Below are positions 1-8,432 of a stretch of DNA of 64,000 nt, one piece after another. The translations under genes and the position numbers were made by a program. The notes beneath the pieces are model-generated. The model was not told the DNA's origin, made no database searches, and saw only the letters and a program-made list of their open reading frames with translations. Location of the stretch: NCBI GenBank assembly GCA_036679605.1, contig JAZDCZ010000289.1:64001-128000 (forward strand), in the 5' to 3' direction. Each line of letters starts with the position of its first letter. Within the stretch, counting starts at the first letter, position 1. Origin of the DNA: Gemmatimonadota bacterium (lineage in GTDB: Bacteria; Gemmatimonadota; Gemmatimonadetes; Gemmatimonadales; GWC2-71-9).

Positions 1-154
1 TTAAAGCACGTGCGACGTTGGCTGAGCGTTCTGTTTCAGCCACCTGCTGAGAATGTGTCGAATGTCTTGCTTGCCGGCTGGTTCGCGACTAGCGGAGGTG
101 GGGTAGTCTTCGCGCCCAAATCGGTCGGTGAGCCCTATGTATACGATGAAGTGG

Positions 155-295
155 GAGTGGACAGCTAACGAGTTTTGTGGATTGGGTGGTTAAACCTTTT
201 TTGCACAACTCCACATGGGCGTGGAAAGTGGTCGTAAGGTGTCCAGAGAGAGTTTGTTAGCATTCCACATTGACTGCACACGAACTGTGTCAGCC
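155..295. promoter_or_regulatory. Cluster of DnaA-box-like 9-mers (possible oriC or dnaA-upstream region)
   Basis: TTTTGCACA (199-207) fits TTWTNCACA. Degenerate copies occur on both strands: TGTGGATTG 176-184, AACTCCACA 207-215, CGTGGAAAG 220-228, CATTCCACA 261-269. The region is non-coding and dnaA is not in the window. Confidence 0.4.
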
Positions 296-311
296 GAAGA
301 AACATCGGCGC

Positions 312-339
312 TTGCGCGGTTTTCGCAACTCCATAAATT
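312..339 (+). promoter_or_regulatory. Putative sigma70 promoter for the downstream structured RNA
   Basis: TTGCGC (312-317), 16-nt spacer, TAAATT (334-339), ending ~8 nt before the first helix. Confidence 0.45.
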
Positions 340-345
340 AGCTTG

Positions 346-774
346 TGTAACTCAGGGGAAGGGTCGAGGCCCCGGCGTCGAGACTACGCCCTGAGTTAAC
401 GCCCCCAGCGAGAATTCCGGGGAGGTTGCCGAAGCAAACAAGGGCTCAGGTGACCAACGATCCGGGTGAACACCTCGACTCGGGGCTGGCGAGACCAGTC
501 GCGTGTCTTGCCCACGCTGATGTAGCGCCTCGGCGTGCAGTGTAAGGGGTCGGTCCGCGACTCGATCTGACTTGCAGCGCTCACACGGGTGAACCTTGCG
601 GCTCGGCCAAGCTGCTTGGGAATGGAAGCCGGAGCTCCCGAAAGCCCTACCGCGGATTCATCAGTCCATGCGGTGGCTGAAGGGAAGAAGAACAGAGGGA
701 GCAATTCCCCTGGCTCCGGGTAACCGGTGTGTAAGACGGCGGGTCACTGTTACGGTGCGCCCGCCGTCTTTTTT
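346..774 (+). ncRNA. Candidate large structured non-coding RNA of unknown class (~430 nt)
   Basis: Consecutive helices: 348-357/389-398 (10 bp perfect), 426-437, 484-500, 513-520/530-537, 607-619, 649-674, 693-712 (GCAA loop), 716-727 (GTAA loop). Upstream promoter, downstream terminator, and no credible ORF. Confidence 0.65.
733..774 (+). terminator. Rho-independent terminator
   Basis: AAGACGGCGGG (733-743) pairs with CCCGCCGTCTT (760-770) and is followed by a T run. Confidence 0.85.
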
Positions 775-863
775 GTCCTATCTGAAAGTGTTCTGTTTTT
801 TTTCGATCACGCCAGAGTGGAATCGGCCGTGTCTCGACGAGGGACATTCGCTACACTAACGTC

Positions 864-1073
864 ATGACCCCCTGGTTTCGCATGCCCGCCAAGAGAGAGG
901 GGCTTCGTCGGGCAGCGCTTGATGATCTTCGCCACTCATTGGCCGCAATCCGCTGCGCTATCGAGCTTGCGGAGCAAGGACACGAAACTGGAGAGCGAGA
1001 GCAGCTACTTCTTAGGGTGGCGACGCGACAGCTCGTGAGTGCGGAAAGTACAGTTGACAAAGTGGCTAGGTGA
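864..1073 (+). CDS. Small helical protein resembling a stand-alone HisKA/DHp segment
   Basis: ALDDLRHSLAAIRCAIEL resembles the H-box helix (HDLRxPLxxI) with Asp at the His position. 69 aa. Confidence 0.45.
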   Translation: MTPWFRMPAKREGLRRAALDDLRHSLAAIRCAIELAEQGHETGEREQLLLRVATRQLVSAESTVDKVAR

Positions 1074-2553
1074 GCGGAGTTCTTTCCGCGTCACCCAAAT
1101 GCTGGAGGGAAATATCTCGTTCTGCAGCAGGAATCATTGTCATCTCCAGATTGCCTTTCGGCAACAGATGGACTACGGAGTTCGCGTAGTATTCGAGTAG
1201 CGGTCGCTGCGCTGGTTGGATGACGAAGTTCTCTCCCTCCCTCACTACCAGGCGACGCATCCGCAGGGTCAGCCATGCTCGATCCAAGATCACTTCTGCA
1301 GCCCTGTCTTTCTGGACCAGCTTTGCCCCAGTCAGCCTCAGGTGATCCCGGTATTGGTCCAGTAACTCTAGCAGTGCGTGCTTCTGAACGACCGTCGCGC
1401 CAAAGCTAAGAAGAGCCGCGGCCACAAGAGGTACCGGAGTAACCGGCATGATGTCGGCGATTCTGTCCATGACTCGGCCAGCCAACTGCTGGAGTTTCGG
1501 CAGTCTCTCTTCCCTTGGCAGTCGCAGAGCGTCAGGGTTTTGTGCAGTCCAGTTCTTCAAAGAAATGGGAGTGCCAAAGTTGACGGCTACACGGCCATAT
1601 CGCTTGAGGTTTCCAGTTAGGAGTCGGACAGTATTGAAAAACAGGTAGTGCAGAACGGTGGTCATTTGGCGCAGCCGCCCCGGTCGCTCGTGGTCCGGCA
1701 GCAGTTCCATGATGAGTGAGCGATCCTCCAGGACGCGGTCATAGTTGATGGCGACGGGCACCAACCAAATGTCTCCCGTAAAGTCGGGATCGAGAATAGT
1801 ACGGACGCTGTAATCGAGCAGACCCACTCTTGGCGGGCACATCATACCTGTTTTCGTGAGCCCGCCTTCGAGAAAAATTCCCTGGGTTACTCCGTGCTTT
1901 GTAATGAGCTGAACATAGCGTTCGAGTACGGTGTGATAGAGCGAGTCATGGAAGCCACGCCGTACGAAGTAAGCACCGAATGATTTGAACACATACTCGA
2001 GGGGCCAGACGCGTGCCCACTCACCCACTGCATAACTGATGCTAACCCCATGGGCAAGAACGTAGGCGGCCACGATGTAATCCGCGTTAGAGCGATGATT
2101 CATGAGGTAGAGCACGACGTCGTTGCGGGGCAACGTGTCAAGAGCTTTGCGATCCTGATACTCTGAACTCACTTGATATAGGAGTCGGATTACGGCGCGG
2201 GAGATGTTGTATCCGATTTTGTAGTAAGAGAGCACGTGAAAGAAGGGCACGATCTCGTCGATATAGTGTTCGACCCGCACACGAGCGTCCATCTCGCTCA
2301 CCCCACGCTCTCGGCAGTGTTCCTGCATGGCATCGCGGATCGCTCGGTCGATCATGAGTTTATCTCGAACGGTTCTCTTGCTTACCAGCTTGTAGCGATC
2401 GAGTCGCAGTTGAAATCGATGTACCGCACGCAAAATGGAGCGATTCAACCGGTTGATGATTGCTCTTCGGGTTGAGCGGATTGTCCAGAGCACCATGCCG
2501 CCGGCAAGCAGAATTGCCGTAGACAGTGCCACCAGAGAAACCAAACGAGTCAA
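1066..2553 (-). CDS. Glycerol-3-phosphate acyltransferase (PlsB-like)
   Basis: NHRSNAD HX4D motif, GAYFVRR, FLEGG, VPVAINYD. Confidence 0.85.
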   Translation of the reverse strand: MTRLVSLVALSTAILLAGGMVLWTIRSTRRAIINRLNRSILRAVHRFQLRLDRYKLVSKRTVRDKLMIDRAIRDAMQEHCRERGVSEMDARVRVEHYIDEIVPFFHVLSYYKIGYNISRAVIRLLYQVSSEYQDRKALDTLPRNDVVLYLMNHRSNADYIVAAYVLAHGVSISYAVGEWARVWPLEYVFKSFGAYFVRRGFHDSLYHTVLERYVQLITKHGVTQGIFLEGGLTKTGMMCPPRVGLLDYSVRTILDPDFTGDIWLVPVAINYDRVLEDRSLIMELLPDHERPGRLRQMTTVLHYLFFNTVRLLTGNLKRYGRVAVNFGTPISLKNWTAQNPDALRLPREERLPKLQQLAGRVMDRIADIMPVTPVPLVAAALLSFGATVVQKHALLELLDQYRDHLRLTGAKLVQKDRAAEVILDRAWLTLRMRRLVVREGENFVIQPAQRPLLEYYANSVVHLLPKGNLEMTMIPAAERDISLQHLGDAERTPLT

Positions 2554-3578
2554 ACTGGAGGCCGGGGGCCGGGCTTGTCATGACGGTACGCCATGCTCTT
2601 GAGACGTGCAATTCGGACGGCCATTGGCGGGTGTGTTGCCAAGAGGTTAGCCAACGCACCTTCCTTGTGAGTGAGCCTGCGGCCCAGTGGATCAGCGATG
2701 CAAAGATGTGCGCTTCCTCTCTTGATCGTCTTGGTGGCTCCGCTCACATCCTCGATCTTGCGAAGCGCGGTAGCTAGCGCTTCCGGGTTTCTAGTGAATT
2801 GGGCAGCTGTGGCGTCCGCCAGGAATTCCCTTTTTCGGCTGACTGCGAGTGCCAAGAGTCGGGATACTATGGGAGCGAGAATGACACTGATGATCCACAC
2901 AACCAAGAGGATGGCGATGAGCGCCCCTCCCCCCTTCTTTCCGCCCGAACTTTTTGAACTACGACCACGTCTGCCTGGACCACCGAACCTGAGGATGCGC
3001 GAAGTTCCGTCCGCCACCAGAGCCATGACACCGACCAATGCTGCGAGCAGCGTCATCAACTTTACATCGTGATTTCGAATGTGCGCCATCTCGTGTGCGA
3101 CCACTGATTGAAGCTCGTCTCTTTTAAGGAGTTTGAGCAAACCCTCCGTTACGGCGACGTGCGCGTGGTGTTCATCATGACCAGTTGCAAAGGCGTTGGG
3201 GTCTTGATCGGGAACGATCCATATGGTTGGTCGGGGAATTCCAGAGGCAATTGCCATCTCCTCGACTACGTTGACCAGAGTTTTCTCTTCCTGTTTCGAC
3301 GGTGTCAGAAGCTCCCACGCGCCCGTTGCCCAAAGGATTTGCTTTGGACCCCGCTTCCACGCGTGCCATGTCATGCCGGCGGCCAGCAAAGTGGCAGCGA
3401 TGCCGAAGAGCGGGATAACGTGGTGATAATCTTGCGGTGGTGCTTCGACGGTTGATAAGTAGAAAACAACATCACCCCCGAAACCGATCCACGCGAAGAA
3501 CAGCAGAAAGACAGTTACGAGGGTGGCAGATCGGCGTCGATTCGAAGCTTGCTGTTCGAATAGGTTTTCTTCACTCAC
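2550..3578 (-). CDS. htpX: M48 membrane zinc metalloprotease (HtpX-like)
   Basis: PNAFATG, AHEMAH (HEXXH), SRKREFLAD, THPP. Adjacent to lemA. Confidence 0.9.
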   Translation of the reverse strand: MSEENLFEQQASNRRRSATLVTVFLLFFAWIGFGGDVVFYLSTVEAPPQDYHHVIPLFGIAATLLAAGMTWHAWKRGPKQILWATGAWELLTPSKQEEKTLVNVVEEMAIASGIPRPTIWIVPDQDPNAFATGHDEHHAHVAVTEGLLKLLKRDELQSVVAHEMAHIRNHDVKLMTLLAALVGVMALVADGTSRILRFGGPGRRGRSSKSSGGKKGGGALIAILLVVWIISVILAPIVSRLLALAVSRKREFLADATAAQFTRNPEALATALRKIEDVSGATKTIKRGSAHLCIADPLGRRLTHKEGALANLLATHPPMAVRIARLKSMAYRHDKPGPRPPV

Positions 3579-4167
3579 TGTTTCGCTTCATCGAAAGATC
3601 GACCTTGGGAACTTCGCGTGCTCTTTCGTCCGTTATTTCCCAAAGTTCCACGCACTCAGCATGCGCTACTCCGGCGATCAAGCTCCAAGGGAACTGCTGC
3701 TGCCGAACATTATACGTCGTTGCGGTATCGTTATAGAGCTGCCGTGCAAACGAGACACGGTTCTCTGTGGAGGTGAGTTCCTCCTGTAGTTGGGTCACAT
3801 TACCGGTGGCTTTGAGGTCTGGATATCTCTCGACGACCACGTTCAGGTGCGATAAGGCCGATGACAGGGCAGCCTCAGCAGCCGCCAGTTGTTTGACTCC
3901 AACACTGGGCGTGGCGCCGCTGCGGATTTCCACCGCTTGGTTCCGGGCCTGGATTACAGCTTCAAGTGTGTCTCGTTCGAACTCCATCGCTCCCTTGACG
4001 GCCTCTACCAGGTTGGGGATGAGATCATACCGTCGCTTCAGTTGCACGTCGATCTGTTTCCAAGCGTTCGCGGTTTGCCCCTTTAGGGCGATTAGTTTGT
4101 TGTAACCGGCTATTGCCCAGACCAGACCGATCGCCATAGCAGCAACAAACAATATGGTCACAAACAT
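3571..4167 (-). CDS. lemA: LemA family protein
   Basis: IDVQLKRRYDLIPNLV, YPDLKA, ENRVSFARQLYN. Confidence 0.95.
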   Translation of the reverse strand: MFVTILFVAAMAIGLVWAIAGYNKLIALKGQTANAWKQIDVQLKRRYDLIPNLVEAVKGAMEFERDTLEAVIQARNQAVEIRSGATPSVGVKQLAAAEAALSSALSHLNVVVERYPDLKATGNVTQLQEELTSTENRVSFARQLYNDTATTYNVRQQQFPWSLIAGVAHAECVELWEITDERAREVPKVDLSMKRNSE

Positions 4168-4215
4168 TTTTTGCGTCCTCGGTAAGTTATGGTCTAATTT
4201 TCGAAGCTGACAACA

Positions 4216-4857
4216 TTATTCCGTATGCTCTACCTGAGTAACCAAACGACTAATGGCGACCCTAACAGCATCTGCAATCTCATCGTCCTGATCCAACCGC
4301 ACCAACTCCCCCTCTTCGTCAACGTGAAGTTCAACCTCGTCTGTGATCCGTATCCTGCGCCAGATGGTTGGTGCGTTTTCGTTAGTATCTGGGTCTTGGG
4401 TCGACCGAAATGCGCGACCTGCCCTTCCTAGTGAAGGTTGCTCACGCCGCTTGATCGTAAGCTGATCGGGGGCGGGCAGGCTCGTCCCTAAAGCGGCCGC
4501 GACACGACGCTCCAAAATGTCTCCTGTTGTTTCGTCCAACTCCTTGGAGATGACCGTTAGAGTCGCGCCCTCCATCTGGCGCAGCTTGATCGTCAAGACT
4601 TGGAGTAGATGACGATAGGTGTAGACTGCAGCAGTGCCCCGCCCATCCGGACGCGCCACCAACCCCTGGGACACATAGAAGCGTATCGTGCGATCAGTGG
4701 GTCTGATGTTGGCAGCCGAGTTGGTCGGCCTTACCTCAGATGCTTCTAGTACTGCTGCGGATATTGTTGCCAGGTCACGGAGTCCGAACGGTGCCAACTG
4801 ACGGTATGCGCGGAGGTGTAAGAGAGCAGCCTCTGATGTCGCGCGAGCCGTAGTCAT
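4216..4857 (-). CDS. MerR-family HTH transcriptional regulator
   Basis: RTIRFYVSQGLVARP...YTYRHLLQVLTIK. Confidence 0.8.
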   Translation of the reverse strand: MTTARATSEAALLHLRAYRQLAPFGLRDLATISAAVLEASEVRPTNSAANIRPTDRTIRFYVSQGLVARPDGRGTAAVYTYRHLLQVLTIKLRQMEGATLTVISKELDETTGDILERRVAAALGTSLPAPDQLTIKRREQPSLGRAGRAFRSTQDPDTNENAPTIWRRIRITDEVELHVDEEGELVRLDQDDEIADAVRVAISRLVTQVEHTE

Positions 4858-5253
4858 CTAGCGTCCGTTTGCCTCCAGGGGGCCCTCGGACATGAGCGAC
4901 TCGATGAGATCCGCAATCTCGTTCATACCAAAGGGCTTGCGAATCGTTGGGAGATCATAAACGCTGAGCCACGCCTGATGGTCGTTGATCTCGACGTCGC
5001 TACTCATCACCACCACGCGGGATTTCAGGTGAGGCCAACGGCTGAGAATCAGTTGAAATAGTGTAGGACCAGACATGGTGGGCATGCGCAGATCCATTAG
5101 CACCAGATCGACGCTATGTTCTTTCAGGATCTCGCACGCTTCCTCACCGGATCCGGCCAGGAATACGGTGAACCCCCGGCGTTCAAGCGCGATTCCCAGC
5201 ACCTTTCTGACGGCTGCGTAATCGTCGACCACTAGAACAGCGCGATTGTTCAC
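4858..5253 (-). CDS. Single-domain response regulator (CheY-like)
   Basis: VLVVDD, DLRMP, KPF motifs. Confidence 0.9.
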   Translation of the reverse strand: MNNRAVLVVDDYAAVRKVLGIALERRGFTVFLAGSGEEACEILKEHSVDLVLMDLRMPTMSGPTLFQLILSRWPHLKSRVVVMSSDVEINDHQAWLSVYDLPTIRKPFGMNEIADLIESLMSEGPLEANGR

Positions 5254-6050
5254 GATGCGTTCGCCATCTCCGCCGTCCGCTTGGCGAAAAACTGCTTGCG
5301 CACCACCTCAATGACTTCGGCAGAATCGAACAGCACCCGCAACTCCTTTGGGGTCACTCCAAAGACCTCTCTTACCTTCTGGGCGAAGGTTCGCGTCTGA
5401 GCATAGCCGAGTTTTCTTGCCACGTCTTCCACAGTATAACCAGGGTCTTGCAACAATCTGTGGCCATACACCACCCGCAAGACCGTTAAAACCACGCTTG
5501 GCGTTGGGAGATTGGCCCGCGCAAACCACCTGAGACAGGTACGTCGGTCCATGCGCGCCCGGATCGCTAGGTCCTGTACCGTCTGAACCTTTCCGGGTTC
5601 GCGGATAATCGTCTCGATCGCCCACTTCAGCTGCGCTGGACATTCGGAGAGGAGATCGCTGATGGACGAGATCATCCTGTGCGAGACGCCCTCAGCAGCA
5701 GCCTGGACTAGAAGATCGCCGAGCCTTGCGGGGTGATCGTCATGCTGGGCAATCACGACCTCCCGGATTCCTGCTTCTCCAAGTCTCAGCAGCACCGAAG
5801 CCATGGCGGGGGTGAGATGTGTGTACACGACGAGAGGTAGTGATGGGAAGAAAACCCGAAACCGCTCAATTTCCTTTGTAGTGGGTTCTCCCTCCAAGGC
5901 TGGGTCCACCACGGCCGCCTCTAGTGGCTCCCGCAGGATTGTATTGAGCGCCCCTTTCCAATCGTCTACCGGGAGGAAAGTAAACCGATGCCGCCCGGCC
6001 CGCGTGAGCTGAGCAAGCCTTGATCTCGAAACTGCCGCCAAAATCAGCAC
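5250..6050 (-). CDS. AraC/XylS-family regulator with a degenerate receiver-like N-terminal domain
   Basis: C-terminal double HTH: TVQDLA..MDRRT and TVEDVARKLGY..FREVFGVTP. Confidence 0.85.
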   Translation of the reverse strand: MLILAAVSRSRLAQLTRAGRHRFTFLPVDDWKGALNTILREPLEAAVVDPALEGEPTTKEIERFRVFFPSLPLVVYTHLTPAMASVLLRLGEAGIREVVIAQHDDHPARLGDLLVQAAAEGVSHRMISSISDLLSECPAQLKWAIETIIREPGKVQTVQDLAIRARMDRRTCLRWFARANLPTPSVVLTVLRVVYGHRLLQDPGYTVEDVARKLGYAQTRTFAQKVREVFGVTPKELRVLFDSAEVIEVVRKQFFAKRTAEMANAS

Positions 6051-6054
6051 GAAT

Positions 6055-6093
6055 GTCCCAATAACGACCTATAAAGTCCCAAAAACGCCCTAT
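6055..6093. promoter_or_regulatory. Tandem 18-bp direct repeats at a 21-bp period (AraC-type operator candidate)
   Basis: GTCCCAATAACGACCTAT (6055-6072) versus GTCCCAAAAACGCCCTAT (6076-6093), 16/18 identical. Confidence 0.6.
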
Positions 6094-6170
6094 CGGGAAC
6101 ACTACTCCGCATCAAACTTGAATTGGTCATCTGAAGACAGTCTCCCATTCCAAACCATATGGAGGGCACC

Positions 6171-6326
6171 ATGTCCCGCACTACTCGCCTATTAGCAATC
6201 GCCATCCTCAGCTCCTTTGCTCTCAGCGCAGCGGCTTGCAGCGATCCCGCGGCCCCGCGCAACGACTGCACGGACGTTCCGGGACAGCCTTGCATATCGC
6301 AGAGCATCCAGAACTCGGGCATCTAG
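6171..6326 (+). CDS. Small lipoprotein-type secreted peptide (51 aa), absent from the ORF track
   Basis: GGAGG RBS at 6161-6165. Translation MSRTTRLLAIAILSSFALSAAAC-SDPAAPRNDCTDVPGQPCISQSIQNSGI has a lipobox AAA|C. Confidence 0.8.
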   Translation: MSRTTRLLAIAILSSFALSAAACSDPAAPRNDCTDVPGQPCISQSIQNSGI

Positions 6327-6352
6327 GAAGGCTCGTCCGCGTTTCAGGAAGA

Positions 6353-7633
6353 TCACATGGCCTCAAGAGCCTGTAGCTCTTGAATGGCCGTGTGTAATTC
6401 CGGTAGGGCAGTTTCCGAAGTCGGGGGTACCGCGCTCGCAACTTTGCAGGCGCGGCGCTCCCGCACGCAGCCCAATGCATCCTCGATTCGGAATAGTCTT
6501 TCCCCGAGCCCATAGCGCTCGGCCAGCTCGATTGCATGGACTAGGTGCTTCTCGGCCCTGGCATGGACGCCGAATTGCGAGAGCCCAGTTCCTACCTTGA
6601 ACTCGAAATCGACTTGCTCGTCCGGCGGAAGGGAGTCCAGATGGTTGCTAACCTCCTTTCGCCACCTTTCAAAGGAGATTCGATCCACGATCACTGAACT
6701 CACTTCAAGCATTTCTAGTGCGGTTCGTACACGCACTTGAAGAGGAGGGTCCCCGGAGAGAACCAGCTCAAACGCATGCTCTGCCGCAGCGTAGTATCCC
6801 AGTTCCTTGAGCAACACACCGGTGTCGCTCAACGCCCGTGCCCGGCTGATCGGAGCTTCGTACAATTGAAAAGCTCGGAAGATCAGGGGTATAGCCTCCT
6901 GAGTCCGTTTCATCAAGTGCAGCGCGACCCCTAGGTCCTGACAGCCGTGTGCCTCGGCGACCACGTCACCTTCCCGCAAGGAGTCCGCAACCACTTGTCG
7001 TAGGGCACGTTCAGATTCCGGAAGGTTGCCCGTTTTCTGCATAACGACGGCGCGGCCGATTCGGGAGCGTCTTTCTGAGTGGGAGTCTCCCATGCGTTCC
7101 GCCATCTGCCCGCCGAGCGAGTATGCCTCGGTCGCCATCGTGCAAAGGCCACTGAGTCGGAGCACCCGCCCTTTTTGTAGGAGTGCCGCTACCTCCTCTT
7201 CCCCGTCCCCTCCATCGCTCAGATGTAGCGTCGTGTCGAGTACGTCCAGAGCTTCGTCCAGACGGAGATCGTCCTCCAGCAAGTACGCGAACGCCAGGAG
7301 AGGCGAAAAGAGGAGATGTGGGTCGTCCTCCTTCAGGGCTGTGTCAGCCAAGTGTACTATCTCGCGAAGGTTCTTCACCTCGGACGTCTGTGGATGGAGG
7401 TCACGGAGAAACTCAGCTGTTGCCTTTATCTGGTAGGCGGTCGCTTCGATGCTGAAGTGCTCGTGCGGAGCAGCAAACTGATCGACCAGCCGAAGCGTTA
7501 GGAACGCGCCGAGACAGTGCTGTCCCGATCCCTGCCCCTGCCCTTGTGCGTTCCCGGCTCGCTCCAGGAACGGTTGGTGAAAATTGGAGTGCCGGGGCGA
7601 CGTCGCCCGATAGGATTCTAGGTAAGAAGTCAC
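6353..7633 (-). CDS. TPR-repeat protein, cytoplasmic, no catalytic domain seen
   Basis: Serial TPR-like helix pairs (ALLQKGRVL, SRIGRAVV, GCQDLGVAL, ALSDTGVLL). Probable GTG start at 7633 after AAGGGG. ORF is open to 7726. Confidence 0.8.
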   Translation of the reverse strand: MTSYLESYRATSPRHSNFHQPFLERAGNAQGQGQGSGQHCLGAFLTLRLVDQFAAPHEHFSIEATAYQIKATAEFLRDLHPQTSEVKNLREIVHLADTALKEDDPHLLFSPLLAFAYLLEDDLRLDEALDVLDTTLHLSDGGDGEEEVAALLQKGRVLRLSGLCTMATEAYSLGGQMAERMGDSHSERRSRIGRAVVMQKTGNLPESERALRQVVADSLREGDVVAEAHGCQDLGVALHLMKRTQEAIPLIFRAFQLYEAPISRARALSDTGVLLKELGYYAAAEHAFELVLSGDPPLQVRVRTALEMLEVSSVIVDRISFERWRKEVSNHLDSLPPDEQVDFEFKVGTGLSQFGVHARAEKHLVHAIELAERYGLGERLFRIEDALGCVRERRACKVASAVPPTSETALPELHTAIQELQALEAM

Positions 7634-7776
7634 GTCAAGATTCCCCTTTAGAGCTGTTTCTGAGGTCTTAGCAAGTATGGCGCCAGAAGGGTGCTGCTGC
7701 AAGACCGCGTTTTTCTGTACCCCCATGCATTGGAAAGTGTCTGCGCAGCGGTGCCTTGCACCATAACCTTTGCGGT

Positions 7777-8202
7777 ATGCAACGCGGCGTTACGTTGATC
7801 GAAATGATAGTAGTCATCGCCCTCATCGGTGTGACTGGTCTGGGCTTGCCCAGGTTCTTGCGATGGGCCGACAGGCTTGCGGTCATCAGAGCCACTCAGG
7901 ATATCGAGAGTTTTTATGCCCGAGCCCGGTTCTCGGCCGTCTATCACAATAGCCGAGTGCGCATTGTCTTTCATCAAGACTCCCTCACAGTCACCGCCGA
8001 GGGCGATCAAGATTCGATACTACTGCGCCGAATCGGACCTCGCGGGCGCAGAGTTCAACTGGAGGCTTCGAGGGAGGTGATCAGGCTTTACCCCAACGGT
8101 CTTGGGTTGGGTGGCGCCAACACCAAGCTCGTTCTCAGGCGCGGGGCAGCAGCCGAATCCCTCACGATCTCCCGGCTCGGACGGCTCAAGAGGTGGCCCT
8201 AG
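7777..8202 (+). CDS. Prepilin-type N-methylation protein (FimT/GspH-like minor pilin)
   Basis: QRG|VTLIEMIVVIALIG class III signal. Confidence 0.85.
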   Translation: MQRGVTLIEMIVVIALIGVTGLGLPRFLRWADRLAVIRATQDIESFYARARFSAVYHNSRVRIVFHQDSLTVTAEGDQDSILLRRIGPRGRRVQLEASREVIRLYPNGLGLGGANTKLVLRRGAAAESLTISRLGRLKRWP

Positions 8203-8321
8203 CAAATCCGCCGGGAACCAATCTAGGGAGTGCCTTGTTAACCCTCATGAGCGCAATCGCGCTCTCTACAAGACAAGCCTGGTCGCGTGTGACGTTTGAC
8301 GGCGGCGTCGCCCGGCCATCC

Positions 8322-8355
8322 AGCCCGGGGCCTTTGGCCCCGGGCTTCCTCTTTT
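8322..8355 (+). terminator. Rho-independent terminator
   Basis: AGCCCGGGGCC-TTT-GGCCCCGGGCT followed by TCCTCTTTT. Confidence 0.7.
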
Positions 8356-8432
8356 AGGGCCTGCGACATCCGCACCTTCCCTTGGGATGTGTCCGGGCTC
8401 CACCAAGTCGATCAACTGACCGTAGATTCGAC

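Noticed and set aside
346..774. Assignment as RNase P, tmRNA, SRP, c-di-GMP riboswitch or group II intron
   Set aside because: Diagnostic conserved motifs for each class are not found by eye
396..859. ORFs 396-704(-), 596-859(+) and 647-847(-)
   Set aside because: No recognisable motifs or RBS, two of them cross the terminator, and the region is better explained as structured RNA
6044..6600. Track ORFs 6044-6322(-), 6217-6600(+) and 6223-6537(-)
   Set aside because: Shadow frames. The 6171-6326 ORF has the RBS and signal peptide.
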